From a virus (Duplodnaviria; Caudoviricetes), in IMG/VR virus record IMGVR_UViG_3300030207_004816, positions 1 to 29,225 of that record: 29,225 bases of DNA; one strand, written 5' to 3'. Of the stretch, positions 15,425 through 24,900 are shown piece after piece. Position 1 is the stretch's first letter. Every line of letters begins with the position of its first letter. The notes below the pieces were generated by a model, which had not been told where the DNA came from, did not search any database, and was given only the letters and a program-made list of their open reading frames with translations. The translations under genes were made by a program, and so were the position numbers.

Positions 15425-15733
15425 TCAGTTTCCGCTACTGCAGTTGGCGTTGGTTGCTTGGCAGATCTGAGCGATATTGACCGCTTGGTGCTGCTGATTC
15501 TCAAGCATTTTAGAAACAATGTCTTCCATCTTATCCAGACGCTTCTCAACACCTTCAATCTTGACATCGACCACCTCTTGGTGAGTCATGCTCGTTGCCT
15601 TCTTGCTTTCAAGAACGGTCACGCGCTTATCGAGTTCTTCTACATCTTGAGCGGATGACTCAAGAGAAGCAAATGAGATGCCAGCAGCGAACACTATTGT
15701 GATGCCCGGAACCGCCAAATCTTTCATATCCAT
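15425..15733 (-). CDS. Single-TM coiled-coil protein
   Basis: Hydrophobic N-terminus; heptad repeats; C-terminal Cys pair. Confidence 0.7.
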   Translation of the reverse strand: MDMKDLAVPGITIVFAAGISFASLESSAQDVEELDKRVTVLESKKATSMTHQEVVDVKIEGVEKRLDKMEDIVSKMLENQQHQAVNIAQICQATNANCSSGN

Positions 15734-15748
15734 GGGAGCTCCTTTGGC

Positions 15749-16144
15749 CTACTGAGGCTCAGTACAACTATAAGACCCGAGTAGTTGGTCGGTCAACTTG
15801 GACGGCTCGCATCGTTGCTTATCTGTTTCGCCAGTCCGAATGCACAGAGCCCACATGCATTGGAGTGACATCGGGTCACCACCGAGTTCACTGATGCATG
15901 GTGGAGGAACATCGGTCAACTTATTTGCAATCGCGGTTTCGCGTTGAGCTTCTTCAACTGCAACTGCCTGTACTTTTGCCACCAGCTCTTGATTACCACT
16001 GTTGAGTTCAGCGATAGCCTCAGTTTGCGCCTCAATCGCCTTTGCGCCCGCATCAGGCTTCAGACCCCAGCCCGCTCCGAATCCGACGCCCAGAGACGCT
16101 ACAACCGCTATTACAGTCAATGTCACAGGTTCCATGTTCAACAT
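15749..16144 (-). CDS. Single-TM, coiled-coil, Cys-rich protein (spanin-like candidate)
   Basis: TM segment VTLTVIAVVASLGVGFGAGW, then a coiled coil and five Cys in the C-terminal part. Confidence 0.65.
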   Translation of the reverse strand: MLNMEPVTLTVIAVVASLGVGFGAGWGLKPDAGAKAIEAQTEAIAELNSGNQELVAKVQAVAVEEAQRETAIANKLTDVPPPCISELGGDPMSLQCMWALCIRTGETDKQRCEPSKLTDQLLGSYSCTEPQ

Positions 16145-16154
16145 TCCTCACTCT

Positions 16155-16553
16155 CTACGCACAAAGTATTCGGACGATAACATCGCTGGTGGCATCCGCT
16201 TGACTACCCACTGCTGCGGATGTTGTGACCCAGTATGACAAGCCAGTCGACAAAGCCAAACCTGCAGGAAATGCGTAGCACATCTTTTCAAACGCCGGAG
16301 CACGGAAGGAGAAATCGGGTGTTCCAGCTCCATTCGCTGTGGATGTTGACGGAGTGGCCGTTGTCCCATCAACAATCTTCAAATACACAGCAGATGAGTT
16401 TGCCTCATTGTCAATTTCAATCATGTAAATGGTGCCACTTCCGGTCAACGCATTTCTTTGATCCACACTGTCTTGATCATTGCCCTTCGCAGCGCGATTC
16501 AAGACGTACTTACCTCCCAGCTCAGTCAACGCAGATGTTGTTACAGAAGCCAT
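16155..16553 (-). CDS. Small beta-rich putative virion protein
   Basis: GTIYMIEIDN, SAVYLKI and FPAGL..STGLSYW. Paralog of 4563..4931. Confidence 0.75.
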   Translation of the reverse strand: MASVTTSALTELGGKYVLNRAAKGNDQDSVDQRNALTGSGTIYMIEIDNEANSSAVYLKIVDGTTATPSTSTANGAGTPDFSFRAPAFEKMCYAFPAGLALSTGLSYWVTTSAAVGSQADATSDVIVRILCA

Positions 16554-16909
16554 CAGCCCACCAAAAATCGGACATTTACACCAGCTGCGGGAGCAGTGTT
16601 GTCCTGAGGGTTAGGGTTCGCAGTTACAGCAAAGGTCAAGTAAGTGTACGGCAGTCCCTGTGGAATCTCGATCATGGTGGTTGCGTTTGCAGGGATGCGG
16701 AACACCATGTCTGCCACGGTGACGCCCATGGTCACCACCTCTGAATCGAACAGTTTGAGCGATGCTGCGTTGTTACTGTTCACAAAATGAATCGAAAAGA
16801 TGGACCCAGGACCAGAGGTTGTGTTGACGATTGCACTTTCATCGCACGCGGTCTCTTGCACAACCTCGTACTTAAATGCGTCTTCAAACTTGGTCTTGGA
16901 CAGCGCCAT
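16553..16909 (-). CDS. Small beta-rich putative virion protein
   Basis: GSIFSIHFVN and IPQGL. Paralog of 4939..5310. Confidence 0.75.
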   Translation of the reverse strand: MALSKTKFEDAFKYEVVQETACDESAIVNTTSGPGSIFSIHFVNSNNAASLKLFDSEVVTMGVTVADMVFRIPANATTMIEIPQGLPYTYLTFAVTANPNPQDNTAPAAGVNVRFLVG

Positions 16910-16912
16910 CTA

Positions 16913-17140
16913 CTACTCTCTATCCTTCGCCGTTACAGGCATTGGTTTGGGATCAAACGCAGAAGAACCGCCTCCAGATTTTTCCAGTGGCGGAATGGTC
17001 ATATCTTGAGGAGGCTTTTTACCCTTGATGTCGATCGTAGCGAACTTCACCATGACAGCCTTCTGGGCAGGCGTAAGGTTCTTGCCTCCGCTATCTTCAA
17101 TCTGGGCAAGCTTCTTTGAATCGTCTTCGTTCATGGCCAT
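16913..17140 (-). CDS. Hypothetical protein
   Basis: AGGAG RBS. Fills the gap in the late operon. Confidence 0.6.
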   Translation of the reverse strand: MAMNEDDSKKLAQIEDSGGKNLTPAQKAVMVKFATIDIKGKKPPQDMTIPPLEKSGGGSSAFDPKPMPVTAKDRE

Positions 17141-17151
17141 GATGAGCTCCT

Positions 17152-17361
17152 TTACTCTGCGTTTGAAACGACGGCTTTCTTCTCAGCTGCGTCTACGTAA
17201 CCTTGACCCAAGATGTAAGAAACGCAAACTCCAGCAGTAAGCTTGAGTGCCTCTCCCAGAGCAATGTCTTCACTGACGAACGCCAAGATTGGTGGGAGCA
17301 GAGCCCCGATAAATGCTGCCCAGAATTTCCTGGACGAGATCTTGGTTTTGAGGGTTTCCAT
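17152..17361 (-). CDS. Holin
   Basis: KISSRKFWAA..., two TM segments and YILGQGYVDA, the pattern of small two-TM phage holins. AGGAG RBS. Confidence 0.75.
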   Translation of the reverse strand: METLKTKISSRKFWAAFIGALLPPILAFVSEDIALGEALKLTAGVCVSYILGQGYVDAAEKKAVVSNAE

Positions 17362-17370
17362 GATTTCTCC

Positions 17371-18558
17371 TTAGAGGGGTAAAAAAACGTTTCCGGTGAC
17401 GGCTTCAAAATCCAAGGTATTGCTCCCGTCTGCTTGAAAAGCGTCGAGACGTTGAGTCCAATTAGCACCGTTGTCAGTGCTTTCATGCAAGTCGCCGTCC
17501 TCGCATGCAAGAATCCACTTTGTGCCATCAGTTGCGATACCACGCGCGCTTCCAGTGCCAGTTAGTGTAACGTTGGAAACAGTTCCAATCGTTTTTCCAT
17601 TGACCGTAAAACGATTGATGTTCAAATTGAACTCACCCACAGCACATACATTGCCATTTGCAGCAGCCATCTTGACTAATCGAGCATCTGTTGTGCTATG
17701 CGGAATATTTACTGCGTTGACCTCGCTCCCCCAGTCAGTGATGTCTGAAGCAGCGCATGACCTAAATCGAACTGCTGATGACCGAGAGTAGCAAAGAACC
17801 CAAGAGTTGTTCGTGAATACGACATTATGGGCATAGCCGGGAGAGTCACTACTGAACGGTGTGCTTACGGACCAAGAGGCAGCATCGTCAGTGCTGTAGT
17901 AAATGCGATTGTCCTGTGCGAACATCCACTTCCCAGCTCCGTCGCTCGCAACACCATTGATAAAGTCAGCGTTTACGTTACCGCTCGAATGGCCAGAGAG
18001 ACCACTGATGTCTACTGCTGACCAGTTTGCCCCACCGTCGGTGCTTCGGAAAATGTTTCCTGTACCTTGCTTACCTACGGCAACCCAAGTGCCTGCGGCA
18101 GTGCCATCAGAACGAGCTCCCCATTGCACTTCCATGATGGCTTCTTTGCTGCCCGATCCTTCCAAGTCGATATTCGTCCATTCACTGTTCGCTGTGACAT
18201 CGGTTCCAGAGATGGTCAATTCTCTGATTTGAGTACCGCCATTTTGTTGGGATCTCGTTGCAACGTAAATTGGCGAACCACTGTTGTTTTTTCCATAAGA
18301 CACAGATTCTGAATCACCGGAGTTTTGGCTAGCACCATCGCTACCTGATTCGTCGTAAGCGTCATACGAAGTCCATGATGTCAAATCGCTGCTTGCCGCA
18401 TAAGCCAAATATCCATTTTGCGTAGCAACAACCCAACGTGTGGCTCCCGAAGCTGCCACCCCTTGATCATTTACTTCGTTGACGTTCGCTGTAGCTACAT
18501 CATTGATTTGGCTGATGTTAGCGTAATCGACATCATTTATTTGGTTTATGTCACCCAT
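17371..18558 (-). CDS. Asp-box (BNR) beta-propeller protein, probable virion adhesin / receptor-binding protein
   Basis: Asp boxes STDGGANW, STDDAASW and STDNGANW; xDGxxWV blade motifs; N-terminal I.QINDV repeats. Confidence 0.75.
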   Translation of the reverse strand: MGDINQINDVDYANISQINDVATANVNEVNDQGVAASGATRWVVATQNGYLAYAASSDLTSWTSYDAYDESGSDGASQNSGDSESVSYGKNNSGSPIYVATRSQQNGGTQIRELTISGTDVTANSEWTNIDLEGSGSKEAIMEVQWGARSDGTAAGTWVAVGKQGTGNIFRSTDGGANWSAVDISGLSGHSSGNVNADFINGVASDGAGKWMFAQDNRIYYSTDDAASWSVSTPFSSDSPGYAHNVVFTNNSWVLCYSRSSAVRFRSCAASDITDWGSEVNAVNIPHSTTDARLVKMAAANGNVCAVGEFNLNINRFTVNGKTIGTVSNVTLTGTGSARGIATDGTKWILACEDGDLHESTDNGANWTQRLDAFQADGSNTLDFEAVTGNVFLPL

Positions 18559-21005
18559 TAGGCAGTGATCTCCACCAGGGTCATGTCAGGGCTGAAGTAA
18601 ATAACGTCATCGCTCAGGGCTACGCCGATTGCTTGAGCGACATCATTGTTTCCGCTTGGGGCAGTCGCTGTTACCGTCCCATCTGTGTGGACGAACAATC
18701 GGTTTCCTGCGGTGAAGTTGTACGAATCATCTCGGAACATGCCTCGAAGTAAAACAACTCCGGCGTTTGATGCACTAATTGCGGCGACAGCAAGCCCAAT
18801 CGCAGGCATCTTAGCAACAGCATCTGCATCGGCCTTACCGATCGTTCCGTTCCCTGACACGTAGACCAAATCACCCTGAGCAATGTTTTCGCTGGCGGTC
18901 AGAAGAGTCGTGATACCCGTTGCCGTGTGGTCTGCAGTTGCAAGCATCGGCGTTTCGATGTGTAGAGACTTTTGCTCTGGAATCAAGACACCATTTGCGC
19001 CCTTGACGTATCCGGCAGCAGTGGTGACGGAGTTGATTCCACTACCGATTTCGACGTCCAGCTCGTCCTCGGCATCGCCGTCCATAATCTTCAGACCGAA
19101 CTGCAGCTCGCCATCGTGAGTGGCGACCTCGATGCCGAACTCCCCGCCTTCGGCGCCGTTGCTTGCATCTTTTACCAGAGTCGACATCATTGCAAACGTT
19201 GTCGCATTTTGAGCGTCGTCGTGGCCCTTGAACTCAACGATTCCACAAATGTCGTTGTCTGCTCCGTTGTTGGAGCCTCGATCGTTCTGAAGGACCAACA
19301 CCGGGCCGTTAGCATCGTTTGTTGTGTTCTTGATGAACACTTGCGGGTCGTTTGCGTTTGTCGAAGTGAACGTCACCGTGTCTTGGGTGATGGTGCCCAA
19401 CGATGTGATGACACCACCAGTCAGTAGGTTGGTTCCGCCAACAGTGATTGCATCGGCCTCGAGCGTGCCATCGAAGTCGCCGTCGACGGCATCGACATTG
19501 CCTTTGAAGATGGTTGCGCTGAGAGTACCGGTGCTGGGGTTGTAGGTCAGGTCCCCATCGGATTCAAGACCGATGTTGCCACCATCGACATCGCCGCCAG
19601 CGGTAAACACAACGGCGTTTTCTTCATTAGTGCTCTCATTGTCACTGATGGTTACCGTTGTAGCTACCGCAGCCGTGGTGGCGTTTGCTACCGTTACACC
19701 TGCGATGACTGTGTTCAGAGCGGTTCCGCCGACCGTAATCGCATCAGCTTCAAGTGTACCGTCGATGTCAGCATCACCGCTGATGTCAAGGGAAGTAGCC
19801 TCAAGCTCACCACTTGCCTTCATCACTACGCCATCGTTGCCAGACACTCGGAACGTAATCTCGTTGTCCGTACCAAACTTGAGTTGATTGTCGGCATCGC
19901 GACCCACAACCAAACTTGTGTTGAGCACCGATTCAATAGCGGTCTGAGCAGCGGCCATACGGGCAGCGTTGACTGTGCCAGAGCCGATGTTGGACGCATC
20001 AGTCGTATCGGTCGTGGCTGATGCAGCCAAAGCAGAGCCGTTGACGGTAATCGCATCGGCTTCCAGTGTTCCATCTACATCTACATCACCACTGATGTCC
20101 AGCGATGCAGCTTCGATTTCACCTCCGGTCTTAAAGATGACGTTGTCACCGCCATCAACCTCGAAGATGATCTGGTTGTCTGTGCCAAACTTGATGCGGT
20201 TGTCTGCGTCCCGACCAATCTCCAGGCTTGCGTTTACGACTGAGGTGATGCCGGTCTGTGCCGCATCAACGGTAAACGTGAGGTCAAATGGGTCAGCGTC
20301 AGTACCATCAGACACATCTGTGAAGTTGGTTGTGAGACCAGAGCCAATGAACTTGACTTCCTTGCCGTTGGATACGGTGACTTCCGTGCCGTCGTCGTCC
20401 TCCAGAATCCAGTTGTCCATGTTACCGGCACCGGACGTTTGAGAATCGACATACGCCTTGATGCTCTGCTGAGTAGCCAGTGCAGTCGCACTGTTGCTGG
20501 TCATGTTGTCTTCGTCGTTGATTGCCGTGACTGTGGCACCGCTCGCGAGAGTCAGACTGGTGTTGGCTGTGATGCCGCCACCGTCGGCGATTGTGATTGC
20601 GTCGTCGCCATCGGTGAAAGCCACCTTGGCCGTTTTGATTTCACCGGTCGTTGAAATATCGCCAGATGCAGTGATTGCGCCAGTCTTGAGCGCAGCGTCA
20701 GTGAGTGAAAGGTCCCCCGTGCTGGCACCCGTAAAGGTTCCTGTAGCGACCGTGACCTTGTCTTCGCTCTCATCCCAGCCGATGAAGACATTGTTCGACG
20801 AGCCCCTCTCAATGACAACCCCTGCATCTCCAGAAGGCGTACCAGTGGTCCCGTTTGCGAGCTCAAGCAGCTTGTCGGACACAACGGTGTTGGTAGTAGA
20901 AACAGTAGTGGTGTCTCCAGTCACGGTCAGGTCACCGTTGATGGCCACGTCTCCGTTCGTGTTCAGGGTATCAATGACCAAATCGCTTTTGAAGAAACTA
21001 GACAC
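18558..21005 (-). CDS. Tail/head fibre-like structural protein with internal repeats
   Basis: Rich in G/T/A/D. Repeated LDISGD.D.DGTLEADAITV. C-terminal A.ENI..GD.VY...KADA...PAIGLA cement-like domain. Confidence 0.75.
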   Translation of the reverse strand: MSSFFKSDLVIDTLNTNGDVAINGDLTVTGDTTTVSTTNTVVSDKLLELANGTTGTPSGDAGVVIERGSSNNVFIGWDESEDKVTVATGTFTGASTGDLSLTDAALKTGAITASGDISTTGEIKTAKVAFTDGDDAITIADGGGITANTSLTLASGATVTAINDEDNMTSNSATALATQQSIKAYVDSQTSGAGNMDNWILEDDDGTEVTVSNGKEVKFIGSGLTTNFTDVSDGTDADPFDLTFTVDAAQTGITSVVNASLEIGRDADNRIKFGTDNQIIFEVDGGDNVIFKTGGEIEAASLDISGDVDVDGTLEADAITVNGSALAASATTDTTDASNIGSGTVNAARMAAAQTAIESVLNTSLVVGRDADNQLKFGTDNEITFRVSGNDGVVMKASGELEATSLDISGDADIDGTLEADAITVGGTALNTVIAGVTVANATTAAVATTVTISDNESTNEENAVVFTAGGDVDGGNIGLESDGDLTYNPSTGTLSATIFKGNVDAVDGDFDGTLEADAITVGGTNLLTGGVITSLGTITQDTVTFTSTNANDPQVFIKNTTNDANGPVLVLQNDRGSNNGADNDICGIVEFKGHDDAQNATTFAMMSTLVKDASNGAEGGEFGIEVATHDGELQFGLKIMDGDAEDELDVEIGSGINSVTTAAGYVKGANGVLIPEQKSLHIETPMLATADHTATGITTLLTASENIAQGDLVYVSGNGTIGKADADAVAKMPAIGLAVAAISASNAGVVLLRGMFRDDSYNFTAGNRLFVHTDGTVTATAPSGNNDVAQAIGVALSDDVIYFSPDMTLVEITA
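19731..20264 (-). repeat. Two diverged 222-bp (74-aa) intragenic repeats (20043-20264 and 19731-19952)
   Basis: AAQT.I.SV.N.SL..GRDADN..KFGTDN.I.F...G..EA.SLDISGD.D.DGTLEADAITV occurs twice, with a partial third copy near 19440-19487. Confidence 0.85.
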
Positions 21006-21016
21006 TGAGCAACTCC

Positions 21017-21460
21017 TTAGACCTTGTCATGCCAATGGATACGCAATGTATCGAGCACGATATTACTGCTTGGTTTTAGGTGAGCGTACAAAGAACCATC
21101 CGTAGTTTGAGTGGACGGCGCGTTGAAGAAAAACCGAACTCCCATGTCCACGACTGCGACCTTTGCAACTGGGGAAAGCGTGTTGAGGGTGTTCGTCGTT
21201 GTCGATGTCGTCAATGGAGGGAGAACGGGGTCCTTACCAGCAGAATCGTATGTGATGTTTAGATCAAACGTCACAGCCGTGCCTTCAGATACTCCCGTAA
21301 AAATTAAGTCGACGTGAGACAAAGAGCCAGCGTTCGGTAAAGATCTAGACCGTGCGTCATGACCGTCATCAGTAGCTACCGTTTTACCAATTTCGACTGT
21401 CGCCACGCCGGCACTACTAAGAGTAGGCTGAGTCCGATTTTTGATAAATCCTTGAGCCAT
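21017..21460 (-). CDS. Hypothetical, probably structural beta-rich protein
   Basis: GGAGG RBS before ATG 21460. Confidence 0.7.
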   Translation of the reverse strand: MAQGFIKNRTQPTLSSAGVATVEIGKTVATDDGHDARSRSLPNAGSLSHVDLIFTGVSEGTAVTFDLNITYDSAGKDPVLPPLTTSTTTNTLNTLSPVAKVAVVDMGVRFFFNAPSTQTTDGSLYAHLKPSSNIVLDTLRIHWHDKV

Positions 21461-21480
21461 ACAAGCCTCCAAAGGGAAGA

Positions 21481-21510
21481 GATTGAGGGGGCCTTGAAGC
21501 CCCCCCGAAT
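21481..21510 (-). terminator. GC-rich hairpin, possible terminator or attenuator
   Basis: GGGGGC-cttgaa-GCCCCC just after the 21524 stop. On the minus strand it is followed by a pyrimidine-rich tract that is not a clean U run. Confidence 0.5.
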
Positions 21511-21523
21511 CAGTGGTTCAGGA

Positions 21524-21907
21524 TCAAGTTGTTGCCTTGAGCACGGATGCGTACCATTCGACACCGTCGCAGACACAATATGCCATTTCGTTTTGATCGA
21601 TAGCGATTGACCCGGCAATAGACAGCGTGTTTCCACCGTCCGCCTTGAGCGTAATGGTCTCTGCGCCATCTGCGGCGTTCAAAATGTTCAACGTCATACC
21701 CTTGGCTGACGCCTCTGGTGGGAGATGCAGTTCGCGATTTCCTGTTGGGTCCACAACTAAAATCTCACCTTGCACCTGAAACTCGTTGGATTCGGTTGTG
21801 TAGTGATTACGAAGTTGAGTCGTTGCGCCCATGGTGATGTTTTGAACACCGTGGTTCGCGGGTGGCACCAGAGAACGACCACCGGAAAGTGCAGGGATTT
21901 GAGCCAT
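21524..21907 (-). CDS. Small structural protein (decoration or fibre-tip-like)
   Basis: GGAG RBS. The pattern LP......G....I.N ... C..DG..W is common in phage fibre and decoration domains. Confidence 0.65.
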   Translation of the reverse strand: MAQIPALSGGRSLVPPANHGVQNITMGATTQLRNHYTTESNEFQVQGEILVVDPTGNRELHLPPEASAKGMTLNILNAADGAETITLKADGGNTLSIAGSIAIDQNEMAYCVCDGVEWYASVLKATT

Positions 21908-21976
21908 TGTTTACTCCATATAGGGCAAGGGGAAGGGTTGCGGAAAAATGGTATCACGATTTGCGAGATATTCGTA

Positions 21977-24900
21977 CTAAAACTCGCCTGGGTCAAACTG
22001 GAACTGTTGAGTACGCTGTTCAAATGGGTCTTGATCAATACGGAATCGTTTCCGGTATTCTCGTTTTAGGTCTTTGAGAGCACGTTGTCGTGCAAATTTA
22101 ACGTTCGGCACGAGCTGAGTTCGAATACCAGCAACACCCAAGAGATGATCAATCGGCGTCATGCCCACCTTAGGGCTCAACGTATCTCCCTCAAGGAACT
22201 CAAACTGCCTGTCTTTTTCGTCGGCGAGGCCAAGATCCTCAGCTTCTAAGCGCGCAGCTCGGAGCATCTCCGTGACGCCTTCTACAATACCCAAGTTCGC
22301 TTGGTCGACTTGAGTGATGATGCCCATAGAGCGACCGGTACCAGGGACCTGAAGCAGGTTTCGATATGCCCACCACAGCTTTCCATTTTTGGCATTGAAG
22401 ATTTGTCGACCTTCATCGCCCTCCACTTGCCTCAAGCGGGGGTTGCGGTTGCTTTCACGCTGCACATCGAGGAGCAACCGTAGTTGACCACCGGTAACGG
22501 CCAAGTCCCACTCCATCAGCCATGGAGGCACATTGTTGTACCGATCAACCTCGCCACCGTAGAACGGGTCTACACCCAAGGTGAATACTGCAGGTGCTTG
22601 CCACCAAGGCGTAAGTTTCGTGAACAACATACGCGCAGCATCACCGTCTCCACGAACTGTATCGTACATATCAATCAACAAATTCATCGAATCCATGATT
22701 GGAGTCGGAGGCAACACGTACATGCGAGCATCGTTCACATGCTTGTTGATGATCGGCTTGGCCGTTCCGATGCCCATGCGAGCTTGAATGTATTCGGGCA
22801 AAACGATTTCAGGATCTTCATCCAAGTTTGCCTTGTGCAACCCGTTGGTCAGTCGGAGCTGATTGGTCACCCGCGATGGATCGGTCAGCAACGTGTCGAA
22901 GAACAAATCCAAGTTCTTTCGCATGTAACTGTAGAACATGATGGCATTACGAGCAGTCCTTTGCTCCCACTCAGTCAATGCGCTGTAGTCAAACGCAGCT
23001 CGTCTTGCGAGTCCAGCTGCTTGACCTGGAGACACGCCATCGTTCAAACCATCCACAAAGATCGATACTCGATAGAAGTTGTCGATGGCGGTTGCAACTT
23101 CTGCCAAGTGGTCGTTCCAAGCAGTGGCGAAACGACCTGCTCTTTCACCCAACGTTGGGTTCTCTTTGAGGTACAGCTTAATGTCGTCAGCCATTGTTCG
23201 CTGAGTTTCAGCCTGAATGAAACTGGAGTTCAACCGATAGGCCAGAGCCATGTCTGCAATCTGGTCGGCATTGTAAATCATGCCATTCTTGGCGACCAAA
23301 ATCTTGTTCCCGAAGGGTCGATACGTACCCTCTCCGAACATCCGCGATACCACCGCGCCGACCATCTTTGGGTTCTTGGTCAGCATGGAGAATCCCTTCA
23401 CGGGATTCACAGCAGTGAAGAGCTGCAACGCTCCACCCAAAAAGTTGGCTGTGTAGTACGCAGGGTTGGGGATGAATAGTCCCGTCGTCACACCCCGCTT
23501 GATGTTCGTGGCTGTGATTGGAAAGATTCGTAGAAGGCTCTCAACGGCTTTCGAAACTTTGTTGAACGCTATGACCTTCGGTATTTTTGCGACGTCAATG
23601 AATGGAGCTCCAACATCTTCGACACGCAGTGCTCGAGCCGCATCAGAGCCGTAAGCTTTACCGACTGCTGAAGCTCGAATCAGCGCTTTGTCGATTTCGT
23701 CTTTGATGCCTTGCGGCCCGTAGGTTCGACTGCCATCAGGAAACACGATTTCGGCGAGTGATTCACCTCGCGTCAATGTCCGAACACCGAATCGTACCAG
23801 AGCTTCCTCTGCTGCCAACTGTGCATCCAAATCATGAAAAGTGTCATGAACCTTTGGCCCACGCTCTTCAAACGCAGCAAACCGATACTCAGGACCGGTG
23901 GGAGCTTCTGCTTTTCTTTCAAAAGCCAGCGAACCGTCATCCTTCAAAGCGTATGTCGAGATGTCATCCGACTTGAATATCTGGTCCATGTACTGCGTCA
24001 CACGACCGTAGAACGCATCTTTCCTGTTGATTGCAATATCGGCGCCGGTCGGTGAACTTACTCGACGAGGAATGCGATAGTTGACGCCTGCACCAGGCAT
24101 GCCGTTTTGAATCATGACGTCGTACAGATTCAGCAGTTTATCTTCTGCCATCAATCGTACTGTCATTTCCAAGAACGCTTGAGCTGGACTGAACCGACCA
24201 ATCTTGTCTGGGTCAAAACCAAGACCCGACCCTTTACTTTGACTCAAATCATAAAGCTTCTTCCAACCCGGACCGCCCTGATGAAAGTACCGATACACCG
24301 AAGCAAGTCGATTTGGCTTCACTTTGGCGGGATCGTTCAATTGAGCGGTTTCACCACCAAGTGCAACCAAGATTGTCCGAGCTCGATTTTCAACGTACCG
24401 AGCCTGATGCTCCAGTTGATTTTGAATCGTAAACAGCGACTCTGCAATGTAGTGCCGGTCAACATCACTCAACTTCGATATTGCAGCAGGACTGAGGCCC
24501 TCATCCGTCGTATATCGTTCCAATATGGTCAACGCCGTGTTGACCTCTTCCGATATTCCGTAAAATGTGCCAGTTGAGCACAAGTCTTGCAAAAGTGAAC
24601 GAGTCGACGATTTTGTCAAATACTGGAGTCGACTGTCACCTTCTACAATCGGGGCAGGAGGATTGTCACCTGAACTCAACTTCGGGGTAACATCGTCTGG
24701 ACTGAGCACGTCCTGCCCGCCAAGAATCTCTGTCTGCTTTTCACTGAGTGGTTTTGCTTCAATGTTGAGCGCCAGACCTTCTTTGGATGCAGCAAACTCT
24801 GCATCGATACGAGCGATTTCGGCCTCAGAGAACTGCCTGAATATAGAAAGGATGCCTTCTTTACCCTTCTCCGGTTGCAAGGGATCGATGTTCCCAAGTA

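Noticed and set aside
19731-20264. Diversity-generating retroelement TR/VR pair
   Set aside because: The repeats are in-frame and intragenic, differences are not confined to adenines, and no reverse transcriptase is in the window.
22484-23479. 331-aa ORF on the + strand
   Set aside because: Antisense shadow of the 2373-aa gene, with unnatural composition and no clear RBS.
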